Origin: Gordius albopunctatus
Taxonomy: Eukaryota
Assembly: GCA_964276515.1 (NCBI GenBank)
Contig: OZ193909.1
Coordinates: 186,001-250,000, forward strand
Length of the DNA stretch: 64,000 bases
Reading direction: 5' to 3'
Part shown: in pieces, positions 49,672 to 62,349 of the stretch
Layout: the number at the start of each line of letters is the position of its first letter
Position numbering within the stretch: position 1 is the stretch's first letter
Position numbers and translations under genes: made by a program
Notes under the pieces: generated by a model
What the model was told of the DNA's origin: nothing
Database searches by the model: none
The model's input: the letters and a program-made list of their open reading frames with translations, nothing else

Positions 49672-52600
49672 TTAAGTATTTGGATATTTATTGTCGTCGT
49701 CGCCTTGATGGACTTGCGGAGGGGACATGAGAGCTTTTACCTTGTAAAAAGAGTTGCCTATAATGACGCAATAAACGATAACGAGTGTATCAAACATGTA
49801 AGCCATGGTTCTGACAAACGGTTCTAGACTCCAATCCATTATTATTCCTATGAGATATATGATCGTTATTACGTAGGCTAAATTTCTTAATAATCGTGCT
49901 TCCTTAAAGATTAGTGGAAATGTTGGAAGTTTTATTACGTAAAAAGAGCCTGTGATTAAGAGGATGAGCTGATATGTTAATATAATGGTTTGAAGTGTCC
50001 TTTGTTGGACTAAAACGCCGCAAGAAATCATTAAAACCATCCGCTTTCCTTCACTATTGTCTATATTATTTTCCATATGAATCGGTCGCCCCCGCTCCAT
50101 GGTGATGAGAAAAGCATTTATGATTACCTAAAAAATAAATTTTAATATTTTCTTAAATCACTAAATTTAAAAAGTGTCAACCTGAAGTACGCATAGAGAC
50201 CCAATAATGGCATATATATGCTTTTCAGCTTTACGTGATTGAATTCGAGATTTAGCAAACCTCAACTTATCCGACACCAAAGCCATTTTTCCAATCGATA
50301 CGGAATATATTATAGTGAATGATAGCAAGAAAAAAAATTCACCGAATCCACAATGGAATGCGTTCGGTTTTGGTAAAATTAATAAGATCGAAACTAAAGC
50401 TAAGAACAAGCCTAGAAACAATAGATAAAGAAGTGGTCTTATTTCAGCTTTGAATATTGCCGCATCGTAGTTGAAATAATAATAAATCGACAATGCTATC
50501 AATATGACCATGGCGACGACAGTAAAAGCGTATAAAGTGATGGTCGCCTTCCCATAATAGGCTAAATGAACCATCATTAATGGTTGACATCCGTCCCCAA
50601 GTTTATTAGCCTCCTGACCAAAAGGACAATCGACACAGGTTGCAATGTCTGAGATATTGCTTCTTAATGCAAAGCTTTGTTTGGGCCCACAACTCATACA
50701 ACTCCAACAGCACGGCCTATTTGAGGCGATTTTAAACTCGTAAAAACCACAAGCTCGACTGCAAAAGGATTCGGGGGCGTTATCTATCGTTGTCCAAATG
50801 TATGTGCGCCATTTGAATGGATGAATTATATCCAGCTTGTCGTTGGATGTATTAAAAAATGCCACAAGTTTTCTATCAAAATATACTCTTCCTTCTTTAG
50901 AGTGGTTAAAGGTGTCATTTATATAATTTCCAATCAGCAATCGATGCTTAAGCATTCGGTCAAGACCAAATTTTATATAGCCAGTTCTACCCAAAAAGGA
51001 CACGTTAAGTAAGAAGCGCGATATATTGTCAGAATTTATGGCCTTGCAATCGGGCGCTAAGTAATTGCCGATCTTGGTGCAATTTGGGATAGAATAAAGT
51101 AATTGTTCAAGAGCAATAACTACCGCCGTAACTATATCAATAATCACCGAAACTCTACTGTCAAAACCCGCACTTGGGTGCCACAATGCTTTCCAAGTTT
51201 TAAACCATATGTCGTTTCTTAATAAGGCGAAAGTGTTTGGCGATTCTATCCATGCCACAAAATCGTCGATATTCGAACTGTATTCATATATGACAATGGC
51301 CCCGTCAGCGATTACCTCAACATTTTCCACTTTAAGTTTGGTCGCATCTGGCCAAGTATCCAATCCTATAATAATTAAATTATGTCCTCCGGGACCCGAT
51401 CTTTTTTTAATGTATTTAAACACTTCGATAAATTGATATTTAGTGAGAAACATCACGGTAGCAAGTGGTCTAGGATGGGATATTAGTGCAGTAAACGATT
51501 GACGGATTTCGAAGGAGTCAAAATATGAGGGAGATACTCTGACCGGAATCTTGATGTCAACGATGGAACAGGCGTCGCGCATGTTCATCTCCTTTTTGAA
51601 AAGGAAAGCATAATTTGTGTGGTAATCGTCTAGCCCGTAGATGGTCGAATAAAGATTCCATCCAAAACGATCCATTAAAGCCAAAATTACTTTGACGTAA
51701 TATTCTTGAGATGTTCCGAAGCGAAATAGATGGCTGAATCTAGTTAAAATTAAAGTCATCATAAATATCAAAACAACTCACGATGCTTCATTCAGAAATT
51801 GTGCATTAGCTCCGGGACTTAGATGTGGAATATGGTAAAATGACAAATACGGAGACACCACTACATTCTCCATGCTAGAAAATGGTCCCACCACTGCTAT
51901 CATTTTTTTGTTTAGCATAAAATTACGTTGTTGTATAATAGCTTGAATCTAGCAGGATAAATAAAAGATTTTTTTAGGTTGCTAGAGTGCCTACCTATGC
52001 TAAGTTTGTGAACAATTTTTTTAATAACAAAAATTTGTCAAAATATATTAAGCATACTCTTTATATATTAAAATTGCCACAATATTTTAAAGGTTTATTA
52101 TTATTTTTTATCATTTATTTTTTTTAATCATCTATTTCTATTAATTATATTTTAATGTTGTGATTGTGAATTAATACAATATCCGTGCTTTTGACAAAAC
52201 AGTAAAGGCTCTATCAAGTAGGCGAAGAGGCTGAAAAATATTTCCTGGATTACTTAAAATATATAAACAAGAGATCTTTATTATATTTCTAGAGCCTTAA
52301 TCATTAAATAATTTTTATAACAAAATATTTTTATCTTCCTGATGGATAAAGTTATTGCAGCCTAGAATTCTTGACGTAATTTCGACTAAGTTCTTATATT
52401 GTCAATTATAAATGAAATATATTATAATTGCTATTTTATAGCTATTTCTAAAACACAATATAATTTAAAATCACTTCAGCAGTGGCTGGATTCGTGCACG
52501 TTGGCAATACATAGTAACCCAAGGAAATATTAAAACGTTCGCGGAACACTTTATCAAAATGATTAAGGGTATAAATCATGGCATAAGCTTTGGTTATTAG

Positions 52601-52864
52601 GTAATAGTCGTAGGTGTTGCTACAAAGAGCGTTGATTTTACTAGAAGGTTCATATATCTCAAAAAGTCCACCCAAATTAAGATCTCCTAGTCGGATGGAA
52701 TGGCTAGTAGGAAATTGTTGAAGCTTACTCCTCTTCTCAACAAACTTATCGTTGAAGGTTTCATTGTAAATTTGCTTTCCATCATCTATACCGCTCACAA
52801 AATTGTTTGCTTGTAAAACAATCCAGAATAACCATGAGGATGTGTAAAACAAAATAGTATTCAT
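49672..52864 (-). CDS. Class C GPCR (metabotropic glutamate receptor-like); exons 52864-52475, 51948-51782, 51739-50182, 50127-49672
   Basis: Signal peptide, GDLNLGGLF, AVVGPFSS, Venus flytrap domain, Cys-rich domain (PESFCSRAC..CCWSCMSC..C..C..C), 7TM with FKEAR. Confidence 0.93.
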
Positions 52865-55137
52865 CTTTCATATAAGGTAATGATTTATTTGACTTTAGTA
52901 GGACATATTTTATTTGATATGAGCAAAAAAAGAAAATTAGTAATCAAAAGGTGTTATTAATAACTCGCTAAAAGCCTATTTGAGCATAAATTAAAACCTG
53001 TTTAGCATATCGTTGAGAGCGGCTTTTAAGCAAGCATTTTTTTATTTTGAGACTAATATGGTAAAAGCTCATTACGTTGCAAAACTTATAAAGCTGATGG
53101 TAAAAGTATATAAATAATTTAAATGTATACGATTAACTCTGTATAATAATGGCATCAAAGATAATGGATATTAATAAATTATCAAAGAGAATATCCTTTT
53201 TCTAATGAATGTAATTAAATTAGCATTTATTAAATTTGAATATTAAAATTTGAATAAATAGAGAAAGAAAATAAATGCGTTTAAATGTATGTGAATATCA
53301 AAAAATGTCAAATACTAATTTTAATAGAAGGTCTTTCTCTGATTTGTTAAGACGTTTGGGCCTAGATATTTTCACATATGGGTTCACAAATATGAAATGT
53401 TTTAGCTTTAAAGGATCAAAAATTTGTAAATATCTATAAATACATTAATTTTTGGCAGGGATAGGGCTATCTAAGCTTTTGGCAAAATATTTTAATATAA
53501 AAATGTGACTTTTTGCTATTAAAAGATTTAATGACAAGTTCATGTTTAACCCGAACGCTAAACCAAGTTTGAATTTTTAAGGTTTAATTCGAGTCTAGTT
53601 TAGATTAAATATCTCAAAAAAATAAAAGCCGGGCCGGTTTCAAGCTTGCAATGTAAAAATAAAAGAAAAAAAGAATTTGACAATAAAATTAGTATAAAAT
53701 GTTTGACAAAAACAATTATTCCAATAGCTTGGAATGATAGAAATATCGAGATAAGATTCCCGGATTAGCCAGTTTCGATCAAATGAAGTCAATTACACTT
53801 TTTACTCATCAAGCAAAAGGTGACAATTACAAGGCGTGCCTTTTTATTTTTATAATAAATTTCTATAATAAAAAGGATTATCTATATAAATTTCCAAAAT
53901 GCATGTCGATTTTAATAATTAAAAACTGTTTATTCAGGAGAGAGGGTGTTTAAGTTAAAATTTTTATCCGGGTCCGGATTGGGTTAGAGGTAAGGTTTGT
54001 GTCGAAATTCTTGGATATCCACCGGGTCTGGTTTTAATTTAAACTTTTATAAATTGGGTCAGATAAATAAAAAGGCGATAATTATTTTAATAAATCCCAG
54101 CTAATAAATCGCGCATTCAAAAATTAAAAAATGGTGTTTTAATCCTGCCGAGTGGAAAAGATAATTGAAAGTCTGCCGATATTTTTAACCAAAAAGTTTA
54201 TCCTTTACACTTTTTAAGAGCATTTATTACTGATTAATATAATTAAATTTCTTATTTATAACTAATTTATAGACCTCGATATTTAGCATAACAAAGATTT
54301 CGCTGCTAACTCAATTTTTTTTCGTTTTTTTTCATCGTTTTCTAATTAAGTCTGTATCCTAAAGAAGTTGTTAGTGGCTTGGTCGTAACCATGCATTCTT
54401 TCCAATTCCTCGTTCGTTTAGGTGTAAGTGAACTAGAGGGAGGTGACGGGGTGGCTTCTGTTGGACACCTGTACACAACTTTGTCCCACTGTGTAAATAG
54501 GTTCCAAGTTCGAGTGTTCTCTTAATGCATGCAACTACTACTCGTAATTCAAGCGTATTTAACCTCACGCTAATACTTACTCATTATTCCCTTTCAGTAC
54601 TCAATCCTTATGCCGCTTATCATTGTCATCCACTTAGGAAGGAATGAAGGGCAGAACTGAGTTTAAGTGAAAGTGGCTTATGCTCCTGATTCAAAACACC
54701 ACAGGCACTTTTAGTGATTGTTACATAGATACCATCGACTACAGGGTTGCAATCAGCTTGGACAAACATTTATATGTAAACTTCTGTTGGTCGCCATGTC
54801 TAAAAAGTAAAAAAGTTTGAATTGTCCGACGACAAGGTTAAACATATTTTGTCGCATTATTTTACGAGTCGCCTTCCTTGTTTTGCACAGTAGGTGGGTG
54901 TTGTATCAAATTGCAAAACATACAAGCCTCACTTTGCGGCGACGTGCCCGATTACAATCTTAATTCCTAATTTCTCACGAATATATTCTCCCTTCCCCAA
55001 TCCTATGCCTTTATTCGATTTAAAAGAAAAACCAGATTTTTTACAAAATTAGCCCCGTTAAGAATGGGTAAAATTATTATAGAAATCGTGAAAATCTTTA
55101 GTAAAAAGTCCTCCAAATCCATAATTCTCCGTTAGAG

Positions 55138-58100
55138 ATGTCCAATTATTGCCTGTACCTATTCCTTGTATTAGCCAATTTGATTGGTAGATCACGGGCC
55201 ACTCATTTTAGGGGAGGATTATTGTCTTGGTCACCTGCCGGCAACAATATGGTAATAAAACTTTTTTGAATAATCAATATCGCCACAAATTCGCTAAATT
55301 TTTGTATAATTAATCTGATTTTTAAAAATCGGGTAAACACGATTTTTTATTGTTTAAATCAATATTTTATACTTTTCTTCCAAATTTATATGAATTCTGT
55401 GCCCTTGGAGAAGTTTTATAAATGTTTTGGGAAGACCCCTCATCCCAATAAACAATTTGATCCAGAAACGCCAAAGATCTAATGTAAGAGTTTAAGTTTT
55501 TGGTTTTTATCTCTCCCACCCCCGAATCTTTAGTTATTAGCGGACACGAAGCGATGCAACCGCATTGAAATAATAATTGTACTAACTTTTTGTTTTATGA
55601 ATCCAACAGATGTATATTAATCATTAATACTCTATATTACTTTACGGCTTTTGTTCACCTCCGCTATCGCATTTATGTATCCATAGAGCCCTTAAGCATT
55701 GGCTTAGCCAGGATTTGAATTAGAGGGAGGCAATACTGATTTAGGAAGGGGAAAAATGATAATAATTTTTTGAAATTTAAGCCCCATAATTAATTTTAAA
55801 TTTTAAACAAAATTTGGATTTAGAGGGGGGCAGCGGCCCCTCCCTGGCGGGCACCCCCTGGCTACACCTATGCCCTTAAGTCAAACACATCCTGATCTGC
55901 CCAGGTAAAGCCTAATGAAAGATTTATTGCATATTTGTCAAAATCTGTTCTTTAGCACGAGTATCGCCCCCTTCTACCTACCATTACTACACGTTCATAA
56001 GCTGGTTAATAATAAAATTAGTTGTAGATAGATAGAGAGTGGTAACTTGTGGAGTTGTTGTTTTGATATTTTCAACGAGATTAACGAAAATCTATGATTG
56101 ATAAGGCACGTATTTGTGTCCGATCATCGGAGGCATTGACTTTCACCAAGCAGTAAGTCGAGGAGGGTAGCAGTATTGTAGTCCAGGGATAAATCTACCC
56201 CACTTGCCTTGTCTCCTTTTCATTTTTCCCAACATTTATCCCAATTTTTTGAACGACATAAAAATATTGACGTTCTAATTGTTTGCAATTACCTTTCGGT
56301 ACCTAATTTTAGCATTAAAATAAAATTTGAGTCTGCTAAAAGGATTCCAAAATCAATACCGATAATTTGCATAATTATTACGGATCATTGGAACAAAAAA
56401 TAAGCTTTTATTAAGTTTTACTCTGATGACATTTCCCAAATTAAATTACATATCTTTACCAATAATGCGACCTATTTAATTAGTAACCGGAAAAGCCGCC
56501 TTAATAACTCTCCCTGTATGATAGGTAGGTACAAAAAGAGAGGTGGACACGGGAGGTATATTTCCCCTCTAACTTGATTAAGAAGTGTATTAAAAGCATT
56601 AGACCTTCGCCGAGCCACTTACTGTGTTTGCTTAACACACATTTCGCCAACATTGTATGCTACTACTCCAAAGAGCACAAAGAGTGAAATCATGCGCTCT
56701 CTTAGCGGCCACCTTGAAGCATAAAAGACCTTTAGGGAGCTAGTTGACGAGGTGACAAACAATTAATTCTTCCCAATTCTCTCCCGAAATTTCCCTTTCT
56801 GCTTCTAATATACTAAGTTAAAAGAAGACAAGATTCCCCCGTTTTGAAAGCTTGTGGGGGGGGGGGGAGGGGGGATTGAAAAATTTAAAAATTTTAGCAT
56901 AAGCATGCATATCTTATAATATGGATATAGGTTAATTAGGGGTGAGATATGTGAATATCTAGTGAATCTCTTCCAAATAAAAGTTACTTCTTTTTTTATA
57001 AACCGTCTCTTTTGTATTTAAGACTAGTTGGCTTCATAAATTGACTAAATATCGTCATTATTTTATTAGTTTATTAAAGTAAAGTAATTTATAAAAAAAT
57101 TGGACCCTATATATATAAACAAGTCTAGCAAAAATACTATTAAATCCTATAACAAGACAGCAAAGATCAATGATCTTATAAAAAATATTTTCATAAAAAA
57201 AAATGGCTAAAACTTAAAAAAAGGCGAGTTTCATAATTTTACCAAACTACTTTAGAGCTATAAAATATGTAATAAAATTTTATAAATTTAATAACTCTTG
57301 TTAAAAATTTAAGCAGTCATCTTAAAAATGAAAAATAATTTTCCCAAGCTGAAAATGAAATAAGAATTATTGTAATTAAATTCATTTATAAGGTTAAATT
57401 CAACTTTCGCATATCGTGGAGGAGATCCTATGATCAAAGCACATTTTGCGACAGGTCAACCATCCTTTCGGGTCAGTTAATTGGTGCCAAAGGGAATCTA
57501 TCGTGTCAAACAGGATGCTCCGGTGTCATAACTCCTCTCCTTTTCCAATGCACGGATTTCAGTTTTTTAGGTGATTGGACTTCTGGCGTTGGATCATATA
57601 TCTACACTTTCCCGCCTGGAACACTAGAATTTTCTGCAAGGTTACTTAATAATATTTTCAACATTTTTTGTGTTTCCTAAATTTTGCTTTAAAATGATAT
57701 CAAATTTTATTAGGCAAAATGATTTTCAACTCCTATTCATAAATATGTGATGTTAATTTATGATAAGAATACAAAATGGACTAAAACATAGTTATTCAAT
57801 TATAACTTTTATACTCTACTTTCATAGGCGTAGCCAGAATTGGTTTCGGAAGGGGCAAAAATAACTTAGGTAGGGGGACAAAATGATACTTTTTTTTAGT
57901 GATTTTAGCCATAATTATATGAAATTATGAAAAAAATTGGAGTTAGAGGGGGGCAGTTGTCCCTCCTAGCCACCCCCTGACTACGGCCATGTCCACTTTT
58001 AAATAAATTAAACATTTTATTAATAACTCAGGTACGAAGAGTGTTGTTGGATTTCACTGTTGAAAGGGGGAGGTGCTTGGAGCCTTACAGTTAGCGGAAA

Positions 58101-60792
58101 TTTAGGGGCGAGGCGCGACACTGGAGCTATCAATCATTCTCCCATCTCGGCCACACCACCAATCGTCAAATTTCAATTGGGATGCAACCATACCTACGTC
58201 ATACCCGGTTACTATTTTACCACGCAAATCTAAAATAAGCTTCTACTAAGCTTAACAAACCTTTAAAAATGACGAAGGCTTTTTAAAAACTTTATTAGAA
58301 AAAATTTTAAATTTAAAATTTAATACTAACAATTGGATTCAAGCATCCCTCCCAACCAAATCTGGAGGATTAGAAATTCGCCCTCCCGGCAGCATGTCGC
58401 TAGCCGCTTTTATTTCCTCTTTTAAGTCGGTCCAAAATTTAATTTTTAATCTCATAAAACATGATTCCGACCCTCTGCTAACTCAAGTCCTTAGAGCTTT
58501 GGAATTTGAATGTCACACCCGCCCCAGACCATTCAACCTCAAAGTACGAGACAAAAGGATTGGGATTCTGGACTAGTATCGCGCCCCGTTGATTACCTTT
58601 TATCGAGAAGCGATGATAGCCAGCATTACAATCTTAGGTCCCTCGCTTTTGACGGTTCCGGTCACGAGTGGCTTGAAGCCTATCCCAGCAAACTTTTGGG
58701 AATGCTGCTTGAAGACTTTGAGCTATCATATTCCATAGCTTTAAGGTTGGGGATTAGTTACAGCAGAGAATATCGTTGTAGACGAATATGCTAGGCACCC
58801 TCTACACTACCTAGCAAACAAATATAAATATGTTAGGCACACTAAAGCTAATTTATTAATTCAAGCTGCCCTTAAAAAGGCAAAAATCCCCTCAATCCTT
58901 GAGCCGTCAGATCCCTCTCTTGAAGGCAGGATGCGCCCTGACGGCTCTTCTCTAGTCCCCGGGCAAAATGGCTTATCCCTCAAATGGGATTTTACTTGTA
59001 GTGACCTTTTTGCCCTTCCCATTTTAATTACGAAGCTATCGCTACAGAAGAAGGGCGTAAAACTACAAAGTATTCTGCCCTTTTGGCATCCAATATTTTT
59101 ATTGCTCCGGTTCTTTTGGCAAACAGGCAATGGGGTTTTTTAAAGAAATCGGAAGACGCACCCCGAAATCTAAAATTTCTGCGTCCTTTTTACTCAGGCA
59201 ACAACTAGGGATTCTTGTTGCACGATAAAACTTTAAATCCTTTGCCGACTCATGGCCCATTTTAGAAGATAATGATATAGATCTTTGCATTTAACCAATA
59301 TATCTTTATTTTTGTATTTCGCTTATTTATGCAACCTTGTTTCGTGAAAATAAACTTTTTAACCAAAAAAGAAGCTTCTACTAAGCTTAAAAAACCTTTA
59401 AAAATGAAGTAACATGTTATTTACCTTGTAAATTAAAATTCCTTGGCCAAATTTTAGCAAAAAGTATAAAATAATGATGCTTTAGTGACGGATGCCGACG
59501 ATGACATAGTGAGGTGTCGTTTTGGAAAAAGCGTGGAAGAATGTGGTGGAGTCTGTAACACATTCGATGGGGCCATCCTGGACGAAGTAATAAAACTGAG
59601 ATTTCAACTCTAAACTTTATTTAATGAATAACGCTCCTCTGTTATTTTTTTTATCATTTGAAAGGAACGTTGCACGTTGCATTATAATGCTATGTCGCTG
59701 AGCGCGGAAGCACAAGGCTTTTACGCGGTTGCTCTGGTTATAGAAGACTTTTCGCTAGACGATTTAGATGTTCCCATCAGCCGAGTCCCTCTGCAATTTT
59801 TGGCAGAAGTGACTCAATTGCACATGCTATGTACGGAATCGCCAGAGTTCATTTCTCCTCCCACACCCCTCGACTCCATTTGCATCCCAGTTCCGATTGA
59901 TTCCACCTTTAATGGAACAATCGAAGTTGATTCCCTATCACCCACTCAAAAGTAATTTATTAATTGCTATTATTATTAACCGAATATTGATAATACATTG
60001 TTCTTGTTAATACCATCGATAATATTGCCTTTTTGCCCGTCTCCTGACTGCTAACCAATCGAAAAAATGACCACGGGCCGCCAAAGTGTGAATCAAAATT
60101 TTTTTTCTCGCTTTTTTAACGCCTATTTTAACACTGTTGCGTTTGCCTCATTTAAACATACAGTAAAATTTTTCCGCCTTGATATCAGTTCGAATCTCGG
60201 TGAGGGCAAATTTTTTTGCTTTTTTTATAATCTATTAATTTTATATTAATTGCTATGCAATTTATGGGTTCACTTTCGTTGAAAAATCTCCTGTATGTCC
60301 TGTCTCCCTTGGCTTTATTTAAAAACTCTATATTTGTTAGCGTGATTTTTTAAAATATCGTTTCCCCCTTTAAATTCGCCTCTTCTAATGTTTACCTGAA
60401 CTAATGGATACTACTCAATATATCGTGTGTATTTTAGCATAGTGGACCTAATAACGGTTTCACCGCAAGGTCTCATCCAAACTCCATTGCTCAAATTGAA
60501 TGATCGTCGTTGGGCTATCACTTTTATGTGGAAAGCCCAAGCCTCGCAGCGGGGACCAAACATTTTTTGCTTTTTCGCCATCAACTCGGCTGGGTAAAAT
60601 ATACATTTTATAGCTCATATTAATTTACATCGCATTTGAACGGTAGACAAAGAAGCAAACAAAGATGCATTACGCTTTATGGTGGAAGTAAGGTTTCGTG
60701 CAAAATTTCAAATTATATTAATATATTTTGTAGCTAGTTGCACAGAAGGCAAAGCCCGTAGTGAAGTTGTGGGGGACGTCTCGAGTAAATAA
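55138..60792 (+). CDS. Secreted HFRGG-motif (integrin-beta-like/Sib-like family) protein; exons 55138-55251, 57393-57640, 58032-58207, 59486-59586, 59665-59951, 60438-60593, 60647-60687, 60734-60792 (or spliced onward)
   Basis: Signal peptide then THFRGGLLSW, FRISWRR, CTDFS..DW, CCW, INHSP, DADDDIVRCR, ECGGVC, AVALVIEDF, VPLQF. Splice phases are consistent throughout. Confidence 0.88.
55697..55872. mobile_element. CATGGGCGTAGCCAG-family MITE
   Basis: CATTGGCTTAGCCAGG...CCTGGCTACACCTATG with perfect TSD CCCTTAAG. Confidence 0.92.
57823..57991. mobile_element. CATGGGCGTAGCCAG-family MITE
   Basis: CATAGGCGTAGCCAG...GACTACGGCCATG with TSD TCTACTTT/TCCACTTT. Confidence 0.88.
58273..59371 (+). 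mobile_element. 5'-truncated CRE-like retrotransposon with a 36-bp target-site duplication, intronic
   Basis: RQKDWD, GSGHEWLEAYPS, RPDG, KWDFTC. AATAAA and a short A tail at the 3' end. Direct repeats at 58237-58272 and 59372-59407. Confidence 0.9.
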
Positions 60793-60984
60793 TTTATTTT
60801 TATTAATAGCGACATTTATTTAATTTTTATTTAGAAAACATTTATATCTTGAATCTATCAAATTAATTGTTGATAATATGAATGATAAATTTGGCATTCT
60901 ATGTTTAAACGTTTTATATTTAACTGGCATATTTTTTTGGCCACAGGGTTAAAAGCTACTCTGCTTTAGAATATTTAATAAGTA

Positions 60985-61926
60985 GGGGAGACCGGGGCCT
61001 AAATAGCCATAAAAAATTAAACCACTTTAAACTAAAAACTAATGAAGATTTTTATAATTTTCTTAATGGAATACATTTTTATAGTCTATTTATATTATAG
61101 GAAAGAAAATGGAGAAAAAAGAGCGTATAGTTTTTTTTATAAATTGAGTTCAAATAATCAAAAATCCTAAAAATTTCAAAAGTGCCCGGGGTTAGTTATA
61201 GCTCTGTTCAGGGGATAGATTAACCCTGAAGTTTTAACTTCTTAATAGTGTATGCTAACTTAAATCACTAAAAATATTGTTACATTATATAAAACATAGA
61301 AAATTTAAATGTAATATGATTGTATTTTATATAATAAAAATAAAAAAAGGGTCAAGACGATAATCTGACTTAAGTACACCTAAAGGACATTTTCTGTTAT
61401 GTAAAAAAACTTTTAGTCGTTTTCTTAAGTATAATCATAGTCTATTTCTATTCCTAATCACACTAAGTTGAATTATAAACAAGATTTTTGTTTTTTAAAT
61501 TTTTTCATTTGTAAGGCCCAATGAAAAATGGCTATAGCTAGCCCCTCTCCGACTAGCCCCGACCCCTATTTTTATAAACAATTAATAATTGAACATGTTA
61601 TATTGCGATAAAAATTTAATCATTAGGCGGTTTTTTATATAAAAAATATCCCTTTATAAGATAAAACTTAAATTAGTCCAAAATATAAACCCAAAAAAAT
61701 TATATGTGCAAAATACAAAATTTTGTCAAGGCTAATAATAGCCCCGAAAAATCGTTTTTCATCCATAAAAACTTAAAATTTTATTTTTTCTAAACAAAAA
61801 TTTTTTACTTATACCTTATGAAAACATACACATATGGTTTAAATTTTAATGATATATCATTATTATTTTTAAAAATAGTAACAAAGATAATAGTAACCCC
61901 GGGCTACGACTAGCCCCGGTCTCCCC
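60985..61926. mobile_element. Tc1/pogo-like MITE with TA target duplication
   Basis: TA|GGGGAGACCGGGGC ... GCCCCGGTCTCCCC|TA. Confidence 0.88.
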
Positions 61927-62249
61927 TAATATTATTGAGTACAATAATATAATTAGTCCTAATCTATCGGACAAATATTATGAAAAGTGTAAATAGGTCA
62001 ATGAAAATCATATTTAAAAGTGTACTAAAACAGAATTTATAATTCTTAATTCATCGACAAAATATACTACACAACCGCTTTTTAAAAGTGACATTGGTGG
62101 TAGTTACTTTACTATTTATTACCTTTAAATAACTTCAAAACCTTTTTACTATATTATAATTAAAACCTTTGATTTTTATATACAAGCGCTCTTTCTAAAT
62201 TAAAGAATTGATTTTTCCAAGCAAATAAGCAATACATAAAATTTAGCAA

Positions 62250-62325
62250 TTTATATGTAGTGGGTATAACTTTAGACTTTGAAGCGCGAGGTTGCCGGTT
62301 CGATTCCACCTCCTCCGGCATTTAT
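62250..62325 (+). repeat. tRNA-derived SINE head or tRNA pseudogene
   Basis: A-box-like TGTAGTGG, anticodon-loop-like CTTTGAA, B-box GGTTCGATTCC. Stems are not intact. Confidence 0.5.
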
Positions 62326-62349
62326 TTCAAAGTTTAAAAATATCTAACA

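Noticed and set aside
62250..62325. Functional tRNA-Gln or tRNA-Sec
   Set aside because: Acceptor and anticodon stems do not pair, and there is no TCA anticodon or long variable arm.
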